Source of the DNA: Octopus vulgaris
Taxonomy: Eukaryota
Reading direction: 5' to 3'
Assembly (NCBI GenBank): GCA_951406725.2
Contig: OX597815.1
Span: 66,836,001-66,900,000 of the forward strand
Length of the DNA stretch: 64,000 bases
Shown here: piece by piece, positions 51,561 through 64,000 of the stretch
How the letters are laid out: every line of letters starts with the position of its first letter
How positions within the stretch are numbered: position 1 is the stretch's first letter
Made by a program: the position numbers and the translations under genes
The notes under the pieces: model-generated
Seen by the model: only the letters and a program-made list of their open reading frames with translations
Databases searched by the model: none
What the model was told of the DNA's origin: nothing

Positions 51561-54495
51561 CCCGACAACCAGTGCTGGTGTGTTTGTGTCCCCATAACTT
51601 AGTGATTAGGCAAAAGAGACCGATAGAATAAGTACCACTTCTTAAAAAAGAAAAGTATTGGGATCGATTCATTTGCCTAATTATTCAAGGCAGTACCCCA
51701 GCATAGCCGCAGTTTAATGAGTGAAACAAGCTAAGGATAAAATCAAAACTGATTGCTAAGTGGTGGTGGGGACAAGCACAAACACAAAACCACTCACAAA
51801 GCATTGATCATCTGGTATTATAGTAAAAGATACTTGCCCAAGGCGCTACTCAGTGGGACTGAACTAGAAACCATCTGGTTGTCAAGTAAGCTTCTAATCA
51901 CACAGCTATGTCTGCACCTATAACCACACAGCCAGGCCAGTCAACCCCCTCCCACCAAAAAAACTCCCAACAAACAAACAAGTAAACAAAAATCGTATTG
52001 ATATTTTATTTTAATGGCCTTCTTTATAGTTCAAAAGTGAAAATATTTTCAAATAATTAAATCATTTTGTTCTTCAAATTTGATGATGCTTTCTCTAAGA
52101 AAGAAAGTATATTAGAAATTTTAGAAACTAAAACAAAGGTTTTAAGAAGGCAGATAGAACAATGCCATACCGCTATAAGAAAAAGAATCAAGTTTTCTCT
52201 TTCAATAAAAGTAACAACAAAGATCAGACACTAGCATTGGATTTTGATGCATGATTATAGTATAGAACATGACATATTTTTGCTTTCAAATATATATTGA
52301 TAAACTGTGTATATCCAAGGAGGACTTTTGTTGAATAAGCTTAGCAACCAATTTTAAAAGCACTGGGAATATCTACTGATCTACTGTATTATGCTTACAT
52401 TTTTCTTCATAGCAACTGGACAGATACAACCCAAACAGCTTAATAATGTGAATCAATAAAGAGGATTATTAATATCATGAAAAAAATTGACCTAATCTTT
52501 TCCATTAGAAATATTATAGAGCGATAACTTAATATTAATGAATATACATATGATATATATATAATAACAACAATAATCCTTGGATGGAATTTATAAACAT
52601 TTATTGCATCGCTACACATGTTTCCATGAATCACAACTCTTAAGATCACAGTATGTATTTCTGGGATGATTACAGTGTGGACCATAATATGGGGGCATCT
52701 GGTTGATCATGATGATTGTATATTCAAAACATTTCCCAATAAACAAATTTAAAAAATGTGATACAGGCATAGCTGTGTGGTTATGAAGTTTGCTTTCTAA
52801 CTACATGGTTTTGAGTTCAGCACTACTGTGTGGTACCTTAGGCAAGTTTCTCCTACCTTCTACTTTAGATCTGGATGGATCAAAGTTGATCTGATAGACA
52901 GGAACTGAAAGAAACTCAGTGTTTGTGTAAGTGTGTGTATGCATGTTTCCTAGTCTTGACACTGCTTGTTTGACAGTGACACACATTCACAACAATTATA
53001 CAGTGCTATTCATTATTTCCAATAATCAGGACACTACTTCAATAAAACTCCATCTGACCCATGCCAGCATGAAAAAGTGGACCTTGGAATGATGACAACA
53101 ATGATATAGGTAGATTTTAAAAATATTTTTAGCAAGAGATTTAACTCATTAATTAGGACCTTTTCAGTTTCTACAAACATCCTTCTGAGGAAGTCTTATA
53201 GTATAACTACTTACAATGTAGTGATATTTCATGTTGTCATGGTTATTTACTTTCAGACAAATAGATTTAAATGATTGGTATAGAGGGGAGGAGGAGGTGT
53301 GAGATATTCATTTCTATGCAACAGGAGCCATTTATTGAAGTAGTATAGATTTGAAGATCATTTTACAATGCTGCCTATGCAATAAAGACACACACAATTA
53401 AAAAGAGATTTTAAGATTAATAGCAGTGTTTTAATTCTGAGTAAAATCAGTGAAGCAAAAATTATTTGGTACAAATCATAGTTCAATAATAATATGGGAG
53501 AAGATGTGTGTGTGTGTGTGTGTACATACACACACATTGTGATAGTCTATGCTCTAATTTTATAGAGTTCTTCAAGCACAGATAATTATAATTAATGAAC
53601 AGAAAAAACTTAAAGAAATAAAGCAAAAATAAAAAAAAATAATTTAGATTTAGATTTTAGCTAAATTTAATACTCTTGAGGTTTTGGAAGATGAGTAGCT
53701 GAAGGATATAAGATGTTCACATCATATTCTGATTAACCACTGCCAAACAGTCTTGTATTCTTAGGCAAGGCACATTACTCTACCTTCAACTATAAATAGA
53801 TATTGTCTGACTGTTGAGTAAAGGTTAGTATCAGAAAACTAAACATCTGCATAAACACAATAATTCCACCCATACTTACTGATGTAGCAAACAAATTTAA
53901 TGTGATACACTTGCATATAGAATTTTGAGGTGCAGCCATGGCTGTGTGGTTAAAAAGATTACTTTGGAACCACATGGTTTGGGTTCAGTTTCACTGTGTG
54001 GCAACTTGTGCATGACAGCCCCAAGTTGGCTAACAGATGGAAACTATAAAGAAGCCAGATGTATCCGCCCGTCCATATCTTTGACATTTGCATGCTGATT
54101 GTAGACGAAGTCTTTGTTCATAAAAACAAAAAAAAAAAAACCTATACCATTTGCCTGCAATCTTCTATGAAAACATGACCAGTTGTAGCTGTTTCTGTTC
54201 AAAAGACTAGAAGGCATATTAACCATGATTACAAACAGGTGATAGGAAGAACATGCAGCCATAGAAAATCTACTGCAACAAGTTTCATTTGACCCATGCA
54301 AGCATGTGAAAATGATGATAATGATAAACTAATAACAGTAAATGACTGTGCATACTAGGCTTGATGATAGGTAAAAAAGTAAAAGAACACAACACACATT
54401 GAGAAAGAATCACAGAGACTGAGAAAGAGGGGAGGGAGTGATGTCAAAATAGTTATGAGAGGAGTTACACAAATGAGAAATTTGTTTCATTTTAA

Positions 54496-55554
54496 CCCTT
54501 TCGTTACTATATTTCTGACCAAAATACACCCCTCATGAGTTTCAATTAAATTCTAAAATAATCATGAATCTAGGCTTGTTTCATTAAATAACTAACTTTT
54601 TTACTTATCAACATATTAATGTGATATTTGGAACATAATTAAAGAAAGGGTTTTTAATCAATTCTATTTCATAACTTTTGTCTCAAAGTGACTTTAATTA
54701 CAGGTAAATCCAAGTAAATTGAGCAAAAGGTAAAAATATTAAAATTTTGTTTAAACATCACCATAGAAAATGAATCATCAGCTAATATTCAAATGGGTAT
54801 GCAACAAAATTTTGATAAAGAAGAATTGTGCACATCACTATATCATCAGTTGAATTTAATGCACAACAGGTGTACCATAAAGGTGGAATAAACTGAAATA
54901 TTGGAATCCACCGTAAGTTTGACCGAACTAAAGAAATCGGTCAAAAAATAATATACGGCCCTGGTTATGGTATGGAAGTGATAAATTCCAGACCACATCG
55001 TTCCCTAGGCCATGCTGACTAACATTATTTTCCCTGTATAAAAACTAAATCCACGCAGTACCCAGTATTTGCTTCACAAATTTTCCGAAATTTGATCCCC
55101 CATTTTGTGTTTGTTTACATTCTGCGTAAGTTTGTTTCCGCATTGATCGCTTCAAACAACTTCCAGACCACATCATACCCTAAGCCATGCTGACTAACAT
55201 TAGTTTCCCTGTATAAAAACTAAATCCACAACAGTACCCAGTATTTGTTTCACAAATTTTCCAATTCGGAATCAATGCTTGATAACATGAAACTCCTATC
55301 TATTTTCAAAGTTGAAGAAAAATCGATGCCGAAAAAATGTGGAAAAAAATCTCCCAAAATTCAGGGAATTAAAATTACACGTCGATCTTAGTACAAAACT
55401 GTAGATGAACTGTTTACGAAGCATAATCACGTGTTTTCACGAATGTACTAAAGAGATTTGCTCTGATATTCTCATTTAAATATGAATAGGTAAATTCGGG
55501 CGGGTTTGGTCACATTAACCAAAATTTTTTTCGGGCGGTTTGGTAACGAAAGGG
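54496..55554. mobile_element. piggyBac-type non-autonomous element
   Basis: TTAA|CCCTTTCGTTAC...GTAACGAAAGGG|TTAA, with an internal ~100-bp direct repeat (about 54986-55085 and 55161-55262). Confidence 0.9.
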
Positions 55555-56958
55555 TTAAGGTAAATATTTTTCTTTTGAAAATTATATTTATTTTATAATT
55601 TTGATAAAAGTTAAATTATAATCGTTGTATGTATAACATATTTCCTGATATTACCCATGGTGGCAAAAGTATGCTTCTAAAGTTACCCATCATATGATGG
55701 GTAACACTAATAATAGAATGAAAACAAACACAACTTTAAAAAATAAAATACAAGTTGGGCTATTGTAAGCAAAGTTTTGCATTATGGTCATTAAAAGAAG
55801 ACAAGAGGAATGACTATAATGTAATAGTTCAAGAGAGTATTGTAGTTGAACGTATGTTTGGGGAGATGCTAGGACAAAGATAATTTTTTCTGGTTTAATA
55901 GTACTAAATGAAAGAGTGTGGCCTTATTGCTCTCATGATTCTAAGATTGTGGTTTGATTCCTGGGCTGGGCAGTGTATTGTGTTCTTGAGCAAAACATTT
56001 CAATTCATGTTGTTCCAGTTCATTCAGCTGTAAATGAATTTCAGCAATAGCTGGGATGTTGATCCTGTGACTGACTGGAGTCCCATTCAGGAGGGAGTGT
56101 TGTAATCTTAGTCATTTATATGCTGTGGAAACCAGGCTGAGCTCTGGCCTTATGAGTACGAGGATTCAAGACAGACCAAATCTAAGTAAGTTTAATACTA
56201 ATAGGTTTATTTCCATATGTATTTGGTTTGTGTGTCCCCCCTATCTGTATATGCAAGTAGTGTGAGTAGTGTTCTATGTAAGTGCAAAACCTATTTCTGA
56301 GACTTTTTCTCAAAGTTAAAGTAAATATAGTTATAAAGATTATCCCCAAACTAAGAAGTTCAGGCAACTTACAGAATTCTAAGCAAGTTCTATAATGGAA
56401 TGAGATAATATTTGTTCAAGATCTTCACTACAAAACTATATAAGAGTAACTAGAAAATGAATCAGTGTCTAAAAGATATTTAAACTGAAGTTTGATCAAG
56501 GTTCACATGTTGACAAACTAGTTCTAAATAGAACAAAAATTTTATTTTTATAAATCAAATACAAATGAGAGAGAGAGAAAGAAATAGAGAGATTGATTGA
56601 TTGATTGATTCAGAGTATTAATATAACAGTGTTGGAAGTGAAGGTGATAGGTCACTAGTTGATAAAGTTAGATAGATTATCCTTGACAATGGCACACACA
56701 ATGTAGCTTATATAAAATAGGGTTAATCATTAGAACAATTGAAGAGTTGAACCTAGATCTGAAGTACATTGTTTAAGGGCAATGAAAGAGACACCCTTAA
56801 AACTGGAGAAGTTTTTAGTCTTGGTGACTAATCTGTGTGTACTTAATAGTAGACAAGTGGAATGGAGGAGCATGTGTGTGTGTGTGTATTATATGAAGCT
56901 AAAAAAAGGTAGAAGTCTCCTTATAGAGACATCTTTGACACAGAATGGTGATCATTAA

Positions 56959-57179
56959 CCCTTTTGTTACCAACCCGGCTGAAACCGGCTCTGGCTCTGT
57001 TGTACAAATGTCTTGTTTTCTTAATGTTTCAATTAAAATCTTCCACCAAACCTTATTCACAATTTATGTTCCTGATACAAGCTTAATGATAACTAAGTTA
57101 TTTTACTAAATTCTTTGTTATATTTAAAGTAATTGAAAGAAATACAGAACATCTCAAAATAAATAAAGTAACGAAAGGA
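56959..57179. mobile_element. piggyBac-type MITE (~220 bp)
   Basis: TTAA TSD and the same TIR as the element at 54496. Confidence 0.9.
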
Positions 57180-57642
57180 TTAAGAGGGTCCTACAAAGAA
57201 GGTGGAGACCCTTTCAGCAAATAATCTAGAACATCAGATAATTTGCAAGCTGCACATTGCAGGAAGGTGTCTCGTTTATTATATCTTTAGCTTTTACTTG
57301 TTTTAGTTTCTGAACTGTGGTCATGCAGGGGCATCACCTTCAGGGATTTAGTCAAACAAATTGACTTCAATACTAATCTTTACATCTGGTGTATTTGTAA
57401 TATGTATACACACACATTCAAACTATCAGTCCCTTTTGCCAAACTGTTAGGTTACATGGATGTAAACAAACCAACATCAGCTATCAAGTGATGATCTCTC
57501 TCTCTCTCTCACACACACTTATCTATGTATATATGACAAATTTCCAGTTTCTGGCCTGGGAATATAGTTGAAGACACTTGCTCAATTTGATGTGAAGTGG
57601 GAATGAACTTGAAACCATGTGGTTGCAAAATGAGTTTCTTAA

Positions 57643-57862
57643 CCCTTTCGTTACCAACCCAGCTGAAACCGGCTCTGGTTCTGAGTACAAATGTCTTGTT
57701 TTCATAAGTTTTGAATTAAAATCTTCCACCAAACCTCAGTCACAATTGATGTTCCTAACACTAGCTGAATGATAACTAAGATATTTTACTAAATTCTTTG
57801 TTATATTTAAAATTAATTCAAAGAAACACAGAGCATCTCAAAATAAATAAGTAACGAAAGGG
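57643..57862. mobile_element. piggyBac-type MITE (~220 bp) inserted into a SINE head
   Basis: TTAA|CCCTTTCGTTAC...GTAACGAAAGGG|TTAA; highly similar to 56959-57179. Confidence 0.92.
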
Positions 57863-57938
57863 TTAAACAATCATGCTTGTACCTTATTAATTTTCTTCCT
57901 AAAAACCTCCAGCTTGGTTATTTTTTTATTTTTTTTTT

Positions 57939-58154
57939 GTACTTGTTTCAGTCATTTGACTGCGGCCATGCTGGAGCACCGCCTTTTAGAGTGGTGAAAG
58001 AGTACAGCAGGGATCACCACCTCCTGCTGGAGCCTCGTGGAGCTTTTAGGTGTTTTTTCGCCCAATAAACACACACAACGCCCGGTCTGGGAATCGAAAC
58101 CGCAATCCTCCGACCGCAAGTCCGCTGCCCTAACCACTAGGCCATTGCGCCTCC
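57939..58154 (-). mobile_element. Young tRNA-derived SINE
   Basis: ggaggcgcaatggcctagtgg (A box) and ggtttcgattccc (B box), CpGs retained, shared tail cagtcaaatgactgaaac. Confidence 0.85.
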
Positions 58155-60897
58155 AAATTATTAATTAGATATTAACATAATCAACTGTCCCTATTTTTTT
58201 TTTTAAACTTCTTATTACACATTACTGCAATATAGATAAGGTCAACTAATGATGCATTCTCTGATTGTCTGATTTACTATTTTAAAACTATAAAACCAGA
58301 AATATATAATATTGATTAGATTAATATGGCATGCTAAATATACTTTCCTTACTACAACAGACAATTTTTTCCTTATAATCACTTGCTCGGTTCTCAAGTG
58401 ATTAAAATATTCATTTGTATTACCCAGTACCTCATAATGTCACTGTCCAAAGTTTATTACAACAGCTAGGGTTTTAATTTTCTAAATGTATTCAGAGCTC
58501 TCCCAATTAAGTAACCACATGGTTCTGGGTTCAGTCCCTCTGCATGGTGTCTTGGGCAAGTGTCTCCCACTATAGTCACAGCCTTGTGAGTGGATTTGGT
58601 AGACAGAAACTGAAAAGAAGCCCATCATGTATATGTCTATATTTGTGTGTGTCTTTTCTTTTTAAGCCTGGTATTTATTTTACTGGTCTCTTTTGTCAAA
58701 CTGCTAAGTTATGGGGACATAAACATACCGGCTTTGGTTGTCAAGTGGCGGGTGGGAGAAACACAAAGACACACACATGCATAAATACAAACTAAACACA
58801 TGGGCTACTTTCAGTTTTTGTCAACCAAATCCATACACATATCCGCCCGAGGCTATAGAAGACACTTGCCCAAGAGGCACACAGTGAGACTGAACTCAGA
58901 ACCATGTGGTTGGGAAGCAAACTTTTTAACACAAAGTCAAGCCTGCACATATGGAAATGAAAAAAAAATCCAAATCTTTTTAATAAAATTTAAATTGAAT
59001 TGAATGAGATATTAAATATGCATGCCTGATCACTGAACAACAGGAATTTTTAATAAATTAGATGCACATTTGACAAAAACTTTTGCTGAATTTTTGTATC
59101 TCCAATGAGAAGCTGGTTAAACCAGTCTCAGTTATAATTATTAAAGACAGAACTAATTCAATTTAAATGTGCCCCAAAGCTAAGAATTAAGGATATTTTA
59201 TAAAATTTATAGAAGACAAGCTTCAACACTCAATCACATCTCCATTACCAAAGAAGTATAATTTATTATATTTACAGGAGTCAGCTCTCAATGTGCAATT
59301 CAACCCCTGCCCTCTATCACAGCTAAAATTTGTGAAATGATTAACCGAAACTCCCTAAATATTCAAACCACCATGTTCCAGAATGGCCTTAGCCATGATG
59401 GTTAAATCAAAGTAAAGAACCTAAGTATCTATGCATGCACTTGATCTGCAGGAATTAACAACCAAATCCTCCCACTGAGAGAGAGAAAAAGAAGGTTGGT
59501 GGTGGTGCAAGCATGGCTGTGTGGTTAAGTCTCGTATTTTTTGTATTCATTGACATTGATATTTTTATGCATTCTTTCTTTTTTTACTTCCATAATATTG
59601 TAACCCATATGATAATAATTATTATAATTTCACCTATGGTGAAATTTAGCATGGTGGAATTTACTGGTCACCCAGCTCTTTTACTATAGCCCCGGGACAG
59701 CCAGTGCCATATGAGAGGATTTGGTACATTAAACTCTTCTATCCTTGAAGAGATGATTCATTTGTTATTTTGTTGTTTAGGAACTAAACCTCTATTACTA
59801 GCAAAAAAAGAAGAAGAAAAAACAGAGGGGGGGGAATAAAAAGAGAATAAAGTCAAGATGGTCCATTCTTGTAAGAGAAACAAATATTAAAATATTGATG
59901 ATGATGGATAACAACAACAATTTAGGCATAAAACCAAACACTTTTAAGAGAGGGGATGTACCATCAATCCCAGTATTTGACTGGTATTTTATTTTAACCT
60001 TGAAAGAATGAAAAGCATAGCTGAAACAAGTACAGCAATGCATTTTTTCTGACACTAATGATTCTACCAGCAACAATAATAATAATAGGATGTTACATTC
60101 AACAAATGGTGACATGAAAAATCAGCACCATTGTTGAATTACTGATGGTTTGGAATTAGATTACACATAAACTGAAAAGCTAAATTCATTTTCAAGTTAT
60201 GCAACATAATTTCCATGTCCATATAAGCCATTGATCTTTACATGCTCACAGTGGTATTAATGAATAACTGAAATGGTTTTGAGTTGAAGATTGTACAGGA
60301 GTAGTGTCTAGAACTTACAAGACGACAGAATGAAATAGCTACATATCATCTCTTAGTAATTGATGTTAATGTAGTAACTTAAAACATCCATTTAAGGAGG
60401 CAAAAAAAACTACAATATTGTTTTCAAATTTTGGTACAAGGCCAGGGAATTTCAGAGAAGTTGATTAGATTGACTCCAGTGCTCAACTGATACTTATTTC
60501 ATTGACCTTGAGAAGATGAAAGGCAAAACTGATCTCAGCAGAATTTAAACTGAGAATGTGAAGACAGATGAAATAGTAAGCATTTTGCCTTTTATGCTAA
60601 TGGTCCGGCTAGCTTGCTGCTTTACAAAAAGGCTGTAATATCAAGATAACAGGTGGGGAGCTGACAAAATGAGTGCCATTTCTTCCAGCTCTTTACATTT
60701 TGAGTCCAAATCCCACTGAAATCAACTTTGCCTTTCATCCCTGTGAGGTTGATAAAATAAAGTACCATCAAACCAGGGCTGATGTAATGAACTTGACCCT
60801 CATCTCAAAACTGTTGGCTTTGAACCCAGCAGAGAGTATGTTGTGATCTTGGTGATATATGTATATATGTGTATGTGTATGTGTGTGTGTGTGTGTG

Positions 60898-61217
60898 AGA
60901 AGGCGCTTATCTTAGTGGTTAGGGCATTTGGCTCACAATAGTAATGTCATGAGTTCAATTCCTGGCGACGCATTGTGTCCTTGAGCAAGACACTTTGTCA
61001 TGTTGCTCCAGTCCACTCAGCTAGCAAAAATGAGTTGTACCCGGTTTTCCATGGACCGGCCTTGTCACACTGTGTCACGCTGAATCTTTCTGAGAACTAC
61101 GTTAGGGGTACATGTGTCTGTGGAGTACTCAGCCACTTGCACGTTAATTTCTCGAGCAAGCTGTTCCATTGATCGTATCAGCTGGGACCCTCGTCGTCGT
61201 AACCGACGGAGTGCTCA
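60898..61217 (+). mobile_element. tRNA-derived SINE (related copies at about 19850-20133 and 55915-56170)
   Basis: A/B boxes followed by the conserved domain tgtgtccttgagcaagacact. Confidence 0.8.
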
Positions 61218-61302
61218 GAGAGAGAGAATATATAAGTAATAAAAATCAGTTCTATATTAAGAGATGAGGAATTATGTACATCATTTACATTCGTTTGTTG
61301 TT

Positions 61303-61348
61303 AACACAACGTTTTGGCTGATATACCCTCCAGCCTTCTTCAGGTGTC
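61303..61348 (-). ncRNA. Hammerhead ribozyme motif in pLTR (core G mutated)
   Basis: GACAC-CTGAAGA-a-GGCTG-gagggtatat-CAGCC-AAAAC-GTT-GTGTT. Confidence 0.6.
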
Positions 61349-61549
61349 TTGAGGAAATTTCGAACCTGGGTTCTCATTCCTAAGGTATTTTTCGATATTA
61401 TTATTATTATTACTATTGTTAGTGTTCAGGTCACTGCTTGGAATCGAACTCGGAATCATGGGGTTAGTAGTTTGCCCTCTTAACCACTATGCCATATGCC
61501 TGTGGGCAATTATGGAGTGAATTTTAGGGCTTATAAATCTAATATATTT

Positions 61550-62020
61550 CTATCCTTCCTTAATACCCATTCCCATATGCTGCTCATATCTGCACTCGGT
61601 CTGCTTAGGATGTTGTTGTGTCCTAGCATATGTGCTGCTGCTTTTTAGTTTTCGTATTTTCCAGTGGTGTTCTCTGTCTATTATTTTAACTTCATCCCAC
61701 AGGGGCAGGTGGTCTCCATTTATCCATACATGATCAGCTATACCCAATTTATCAATATCTCCTCATATCACAGCTTTGCGATGTTTGTCTACCCTTATTT
61801 TGAGGGGGCGGCATGTTTCACCTTTGTATAACCTACCACAGCTGCATGGGATGGAGTACACGCAGTCTTTGGTCATATTCTCTTCTATTGGTGGTTTTAT
61901 TTGAAGGAGATACTTGCGAAGTGTTGTATTACTCTTGAATACTGTCCTGATGTCATATGGGTCGCATATCTTTTGTATCTTTTCGGAGAGTCCTTTCACA
62001 TAGGGTAGACAGACTGTGGA
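61550..62020 (-). pseudogene. Penelope GIY-YIG endonuclease fragment
   Basis: Reads LPYVKGLSEKI...CVYSIPCSCGRLYKGETCRPLKIRVDKH...IADHVW. Confidence 0.92.
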
Positions 62021-62111
62021 CAGATATGAGCAGCATATGGGAACCGGTATTAAGGATGGATAAAAATATATTAGATTTATAAGCCCTAAAATTCACCCCA
62101 TAATTGCCCAC

Positions 62112-62184
62112 GGGCATATGGCATAGTGGTTAAGAGCGTGGCCTACTAACCCCAAGATTCTGAGTTTGATTCCAAGCAGTGACC
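62112..62184 (+). promoter_or_regulatory. tRNA-like Pol III internal promoter in pLTR (mirror copy at about 61429-61500, minus strand)
   Basis: A box TGGCATAGTGG; B box GTTTGATTCC (GTTCGATTCC in the mirror copy); tRNA-like spacing. Confidence 0.65.
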
Positions 62185-62195
62185 TGAACACTAAC

Positions 62196-62226
<31 letters not shown>

Positions 62227-62269
62227 TCAAAAAATACCTTAGGAATGAGAACCCAGGTTTGCAATTTCC

Positions 62270-62305
62270 CTGAAGAAGGCTGCAGGGTATATCAGCCGAA
62301 ACGTT
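62270..62305 (+). ncRNA. Hammerhead ribozyme core in the second pLTR (helix I arms missing)
   Basis: CTGAAGA-a-GGCTG-cagggtatat-CAGCC-GAAAC-GTT. Confidence 0.6.
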
Positions 62306-64000
62306 AACAACAAACAAGAGTAGGACAAATATTCGTTGACTGTAAATAATGTAATAAAAATCAATATTTTAGAAATAAGGGTATGACAGTAAATATAACT
62401 AGAGTACAAAATCTACAAATGCAAGCATTGTATAAAATAACTTTTATATTGAGTTAGTTGAAACAGCCACTTATGTCAATATGACACGAATACAGAATAA
62501 ACAGAAACTAGTGAGGCATTAATTTATTGTTAGTTAATAAATAGCTGAACTAAAACATGTCAGGCTCAAAATAAGAATTATCATTGCCAGAAGTGGCTTT
62601 TGTTTTATTTTTACTATGTTGCAAAAAGTTGAAGAATATCAATATTACATAAGTTTTGGACAAGTAAAACATCATACTGGTAAGGGATAATTGAAAACCA
62701 ATATATAAATTTACAGGTAAATAATTTGAATTATACACACATTATATATATATATATATATATACATATGCACATACCAGTTTTCAAGTGGACAAAGTAG
62801 ATCAAAATTTTACCAGTGAATCAAGTGTGGTTATCTTCAGAAGCAAACAATATTTAAAAATTTGTCAAGAAAAAAAAGGCATCATTTTTGATATCTGACA
62901 AGTAAATCTGAATAATTATGAAAGTAAGCAAAAAGTTTTATCCTTCTATGTTAATTTATTCTGGTTCTTATTACACAAAAGTGGAAGCAAAAACCATATA
63001 GAATGAATAAAAAGACTGCATTATACAATATATGGTCTCTGGTTTGAAATATTTCCAGTAAAATAAGAGCAGAGATGATAGTCTTAAATCCGAGACTTTC
63101 ACTATTTAAAACCGTAAAAAAGTTAATTGCTTATTAATTAGTGTATAGGAAACTAATCTAAATAGTAGATGTATGCATCAAACTCTTTTGAGATTGTGAA
63201 ATTTAAAAGGAAAAACAGAATTATAAATTAAAAAATAAATAAAATAAGGAGGGATTGATTGATGTTCAGTGTCTGTATGTAAAATATGGACAGACAGTAT
63301 TCCGGAAGACTGAAGTTAAAGGAAAGAATTGAGTAAAGTATTTAGAGTAAGGTCTAGGAAGTAAGAAAAGGAAGGTGAGGTAGAGCAGAGAAACTGGTAG
63401 GACAAGTGAATGTGAGTGGTAACAGTAGGAGTGGTGGCTATTGTAATAGCAATAAGGAGTAACAAAACATCTGAAAGTTAATGGTTGAATCTTTGCCAAT
63501 CAGTCAAATAAATGGTCTTCTTTTGATTCAGTCTTGAATGTTAAATGTGTGAAGTAACACATTCTTATACATAGATGTGAGAATACTCTAGTGTTGGTCT
63601 ATCTGAGGTTTGTAGTGCATTAGCAACTGATCAGGACTGCGGTATTTTTTGGTACCAAGTAGGAATCCTTGTATTTGAGATGTAGTTTTGGTAATGTTAT
63701 ATCATGATGCAAAGATAATCTAAAGGTTTCTGTTTATGGATTTGTGAACTGGTTATGTTATATGTAGATTGGAAGTTACTGGGTGTCTTTACTGGTGCTG
63801 ATGGCATTAAGGGTATCCAGCCACGGAAGCCACACCAAAGCTGACATTGGGCTTGATATAGCTCTGAGGCTTGCCGGATCCTGTCAAACCAGCTAACCCA
63901 TGAAAGCATGAAAAACTGATGTTAAATAATTAAAAATAGTTTTTTTTCCCTGAACAGTTTACTGTTTATTTTAATCAAGGATTAAAGAGATACAATCACT

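Larger units (their letters stand above)
61249..62350 (-). mobile_element. Penelope-like element, truncated, with inverted pseudo-LTRs
   Basis: GIY-YIG fragment flanked by inverted repeats (about 61278-61592 and 62021-62350). 13-bp TSD gtaataaaaatca at 61236-61248 and 62351-62363. Confidence 0.93.

Noticed and set aside
58080-58154. Possible tRNA gene
   Set aside because: It continues into a SINE body and tail with no proper acceptor stem or terminator, so it is a SINE head.

Overview
AT-rich, repeat-dense animal DNA. The SINE/RTE tails, microsatellites and TE mix suggest a cephalopod such as Octopus (inference). One host gene is present: MOB1 (MOB kinase activator 1) on the minus strand, with three coding exons at 43148-42982, 34663-34436 and 32529-32288. 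Its short first coding exon was not found and probably lies beyond 64000. The rest is transposable elements and microsatellites: a Helitron with a PIF1 fragment; a nested R4/Dong-LINE, pogo-MITE, Chapaev3 and CryptonV-like stack; solo LTR candidates; two mariners; RTE and CR1 LINEs; piggyBac-type TTAA MITEs; Penelope-like elements; and many tRNA-SINEs. Most interesting are a Penelope element whose inverted terminal repeats couple a tRNA-like Pol III promoter to a hammerhead ribozyme, further dispersed hammerhead motifs including a back-to-back pair, two unrelated perfect palindromes that both have 110-bp arms, and an uninterrupted small ORF in the Crypton-like element. Most ORF-track entries are microsatellite artefacts.
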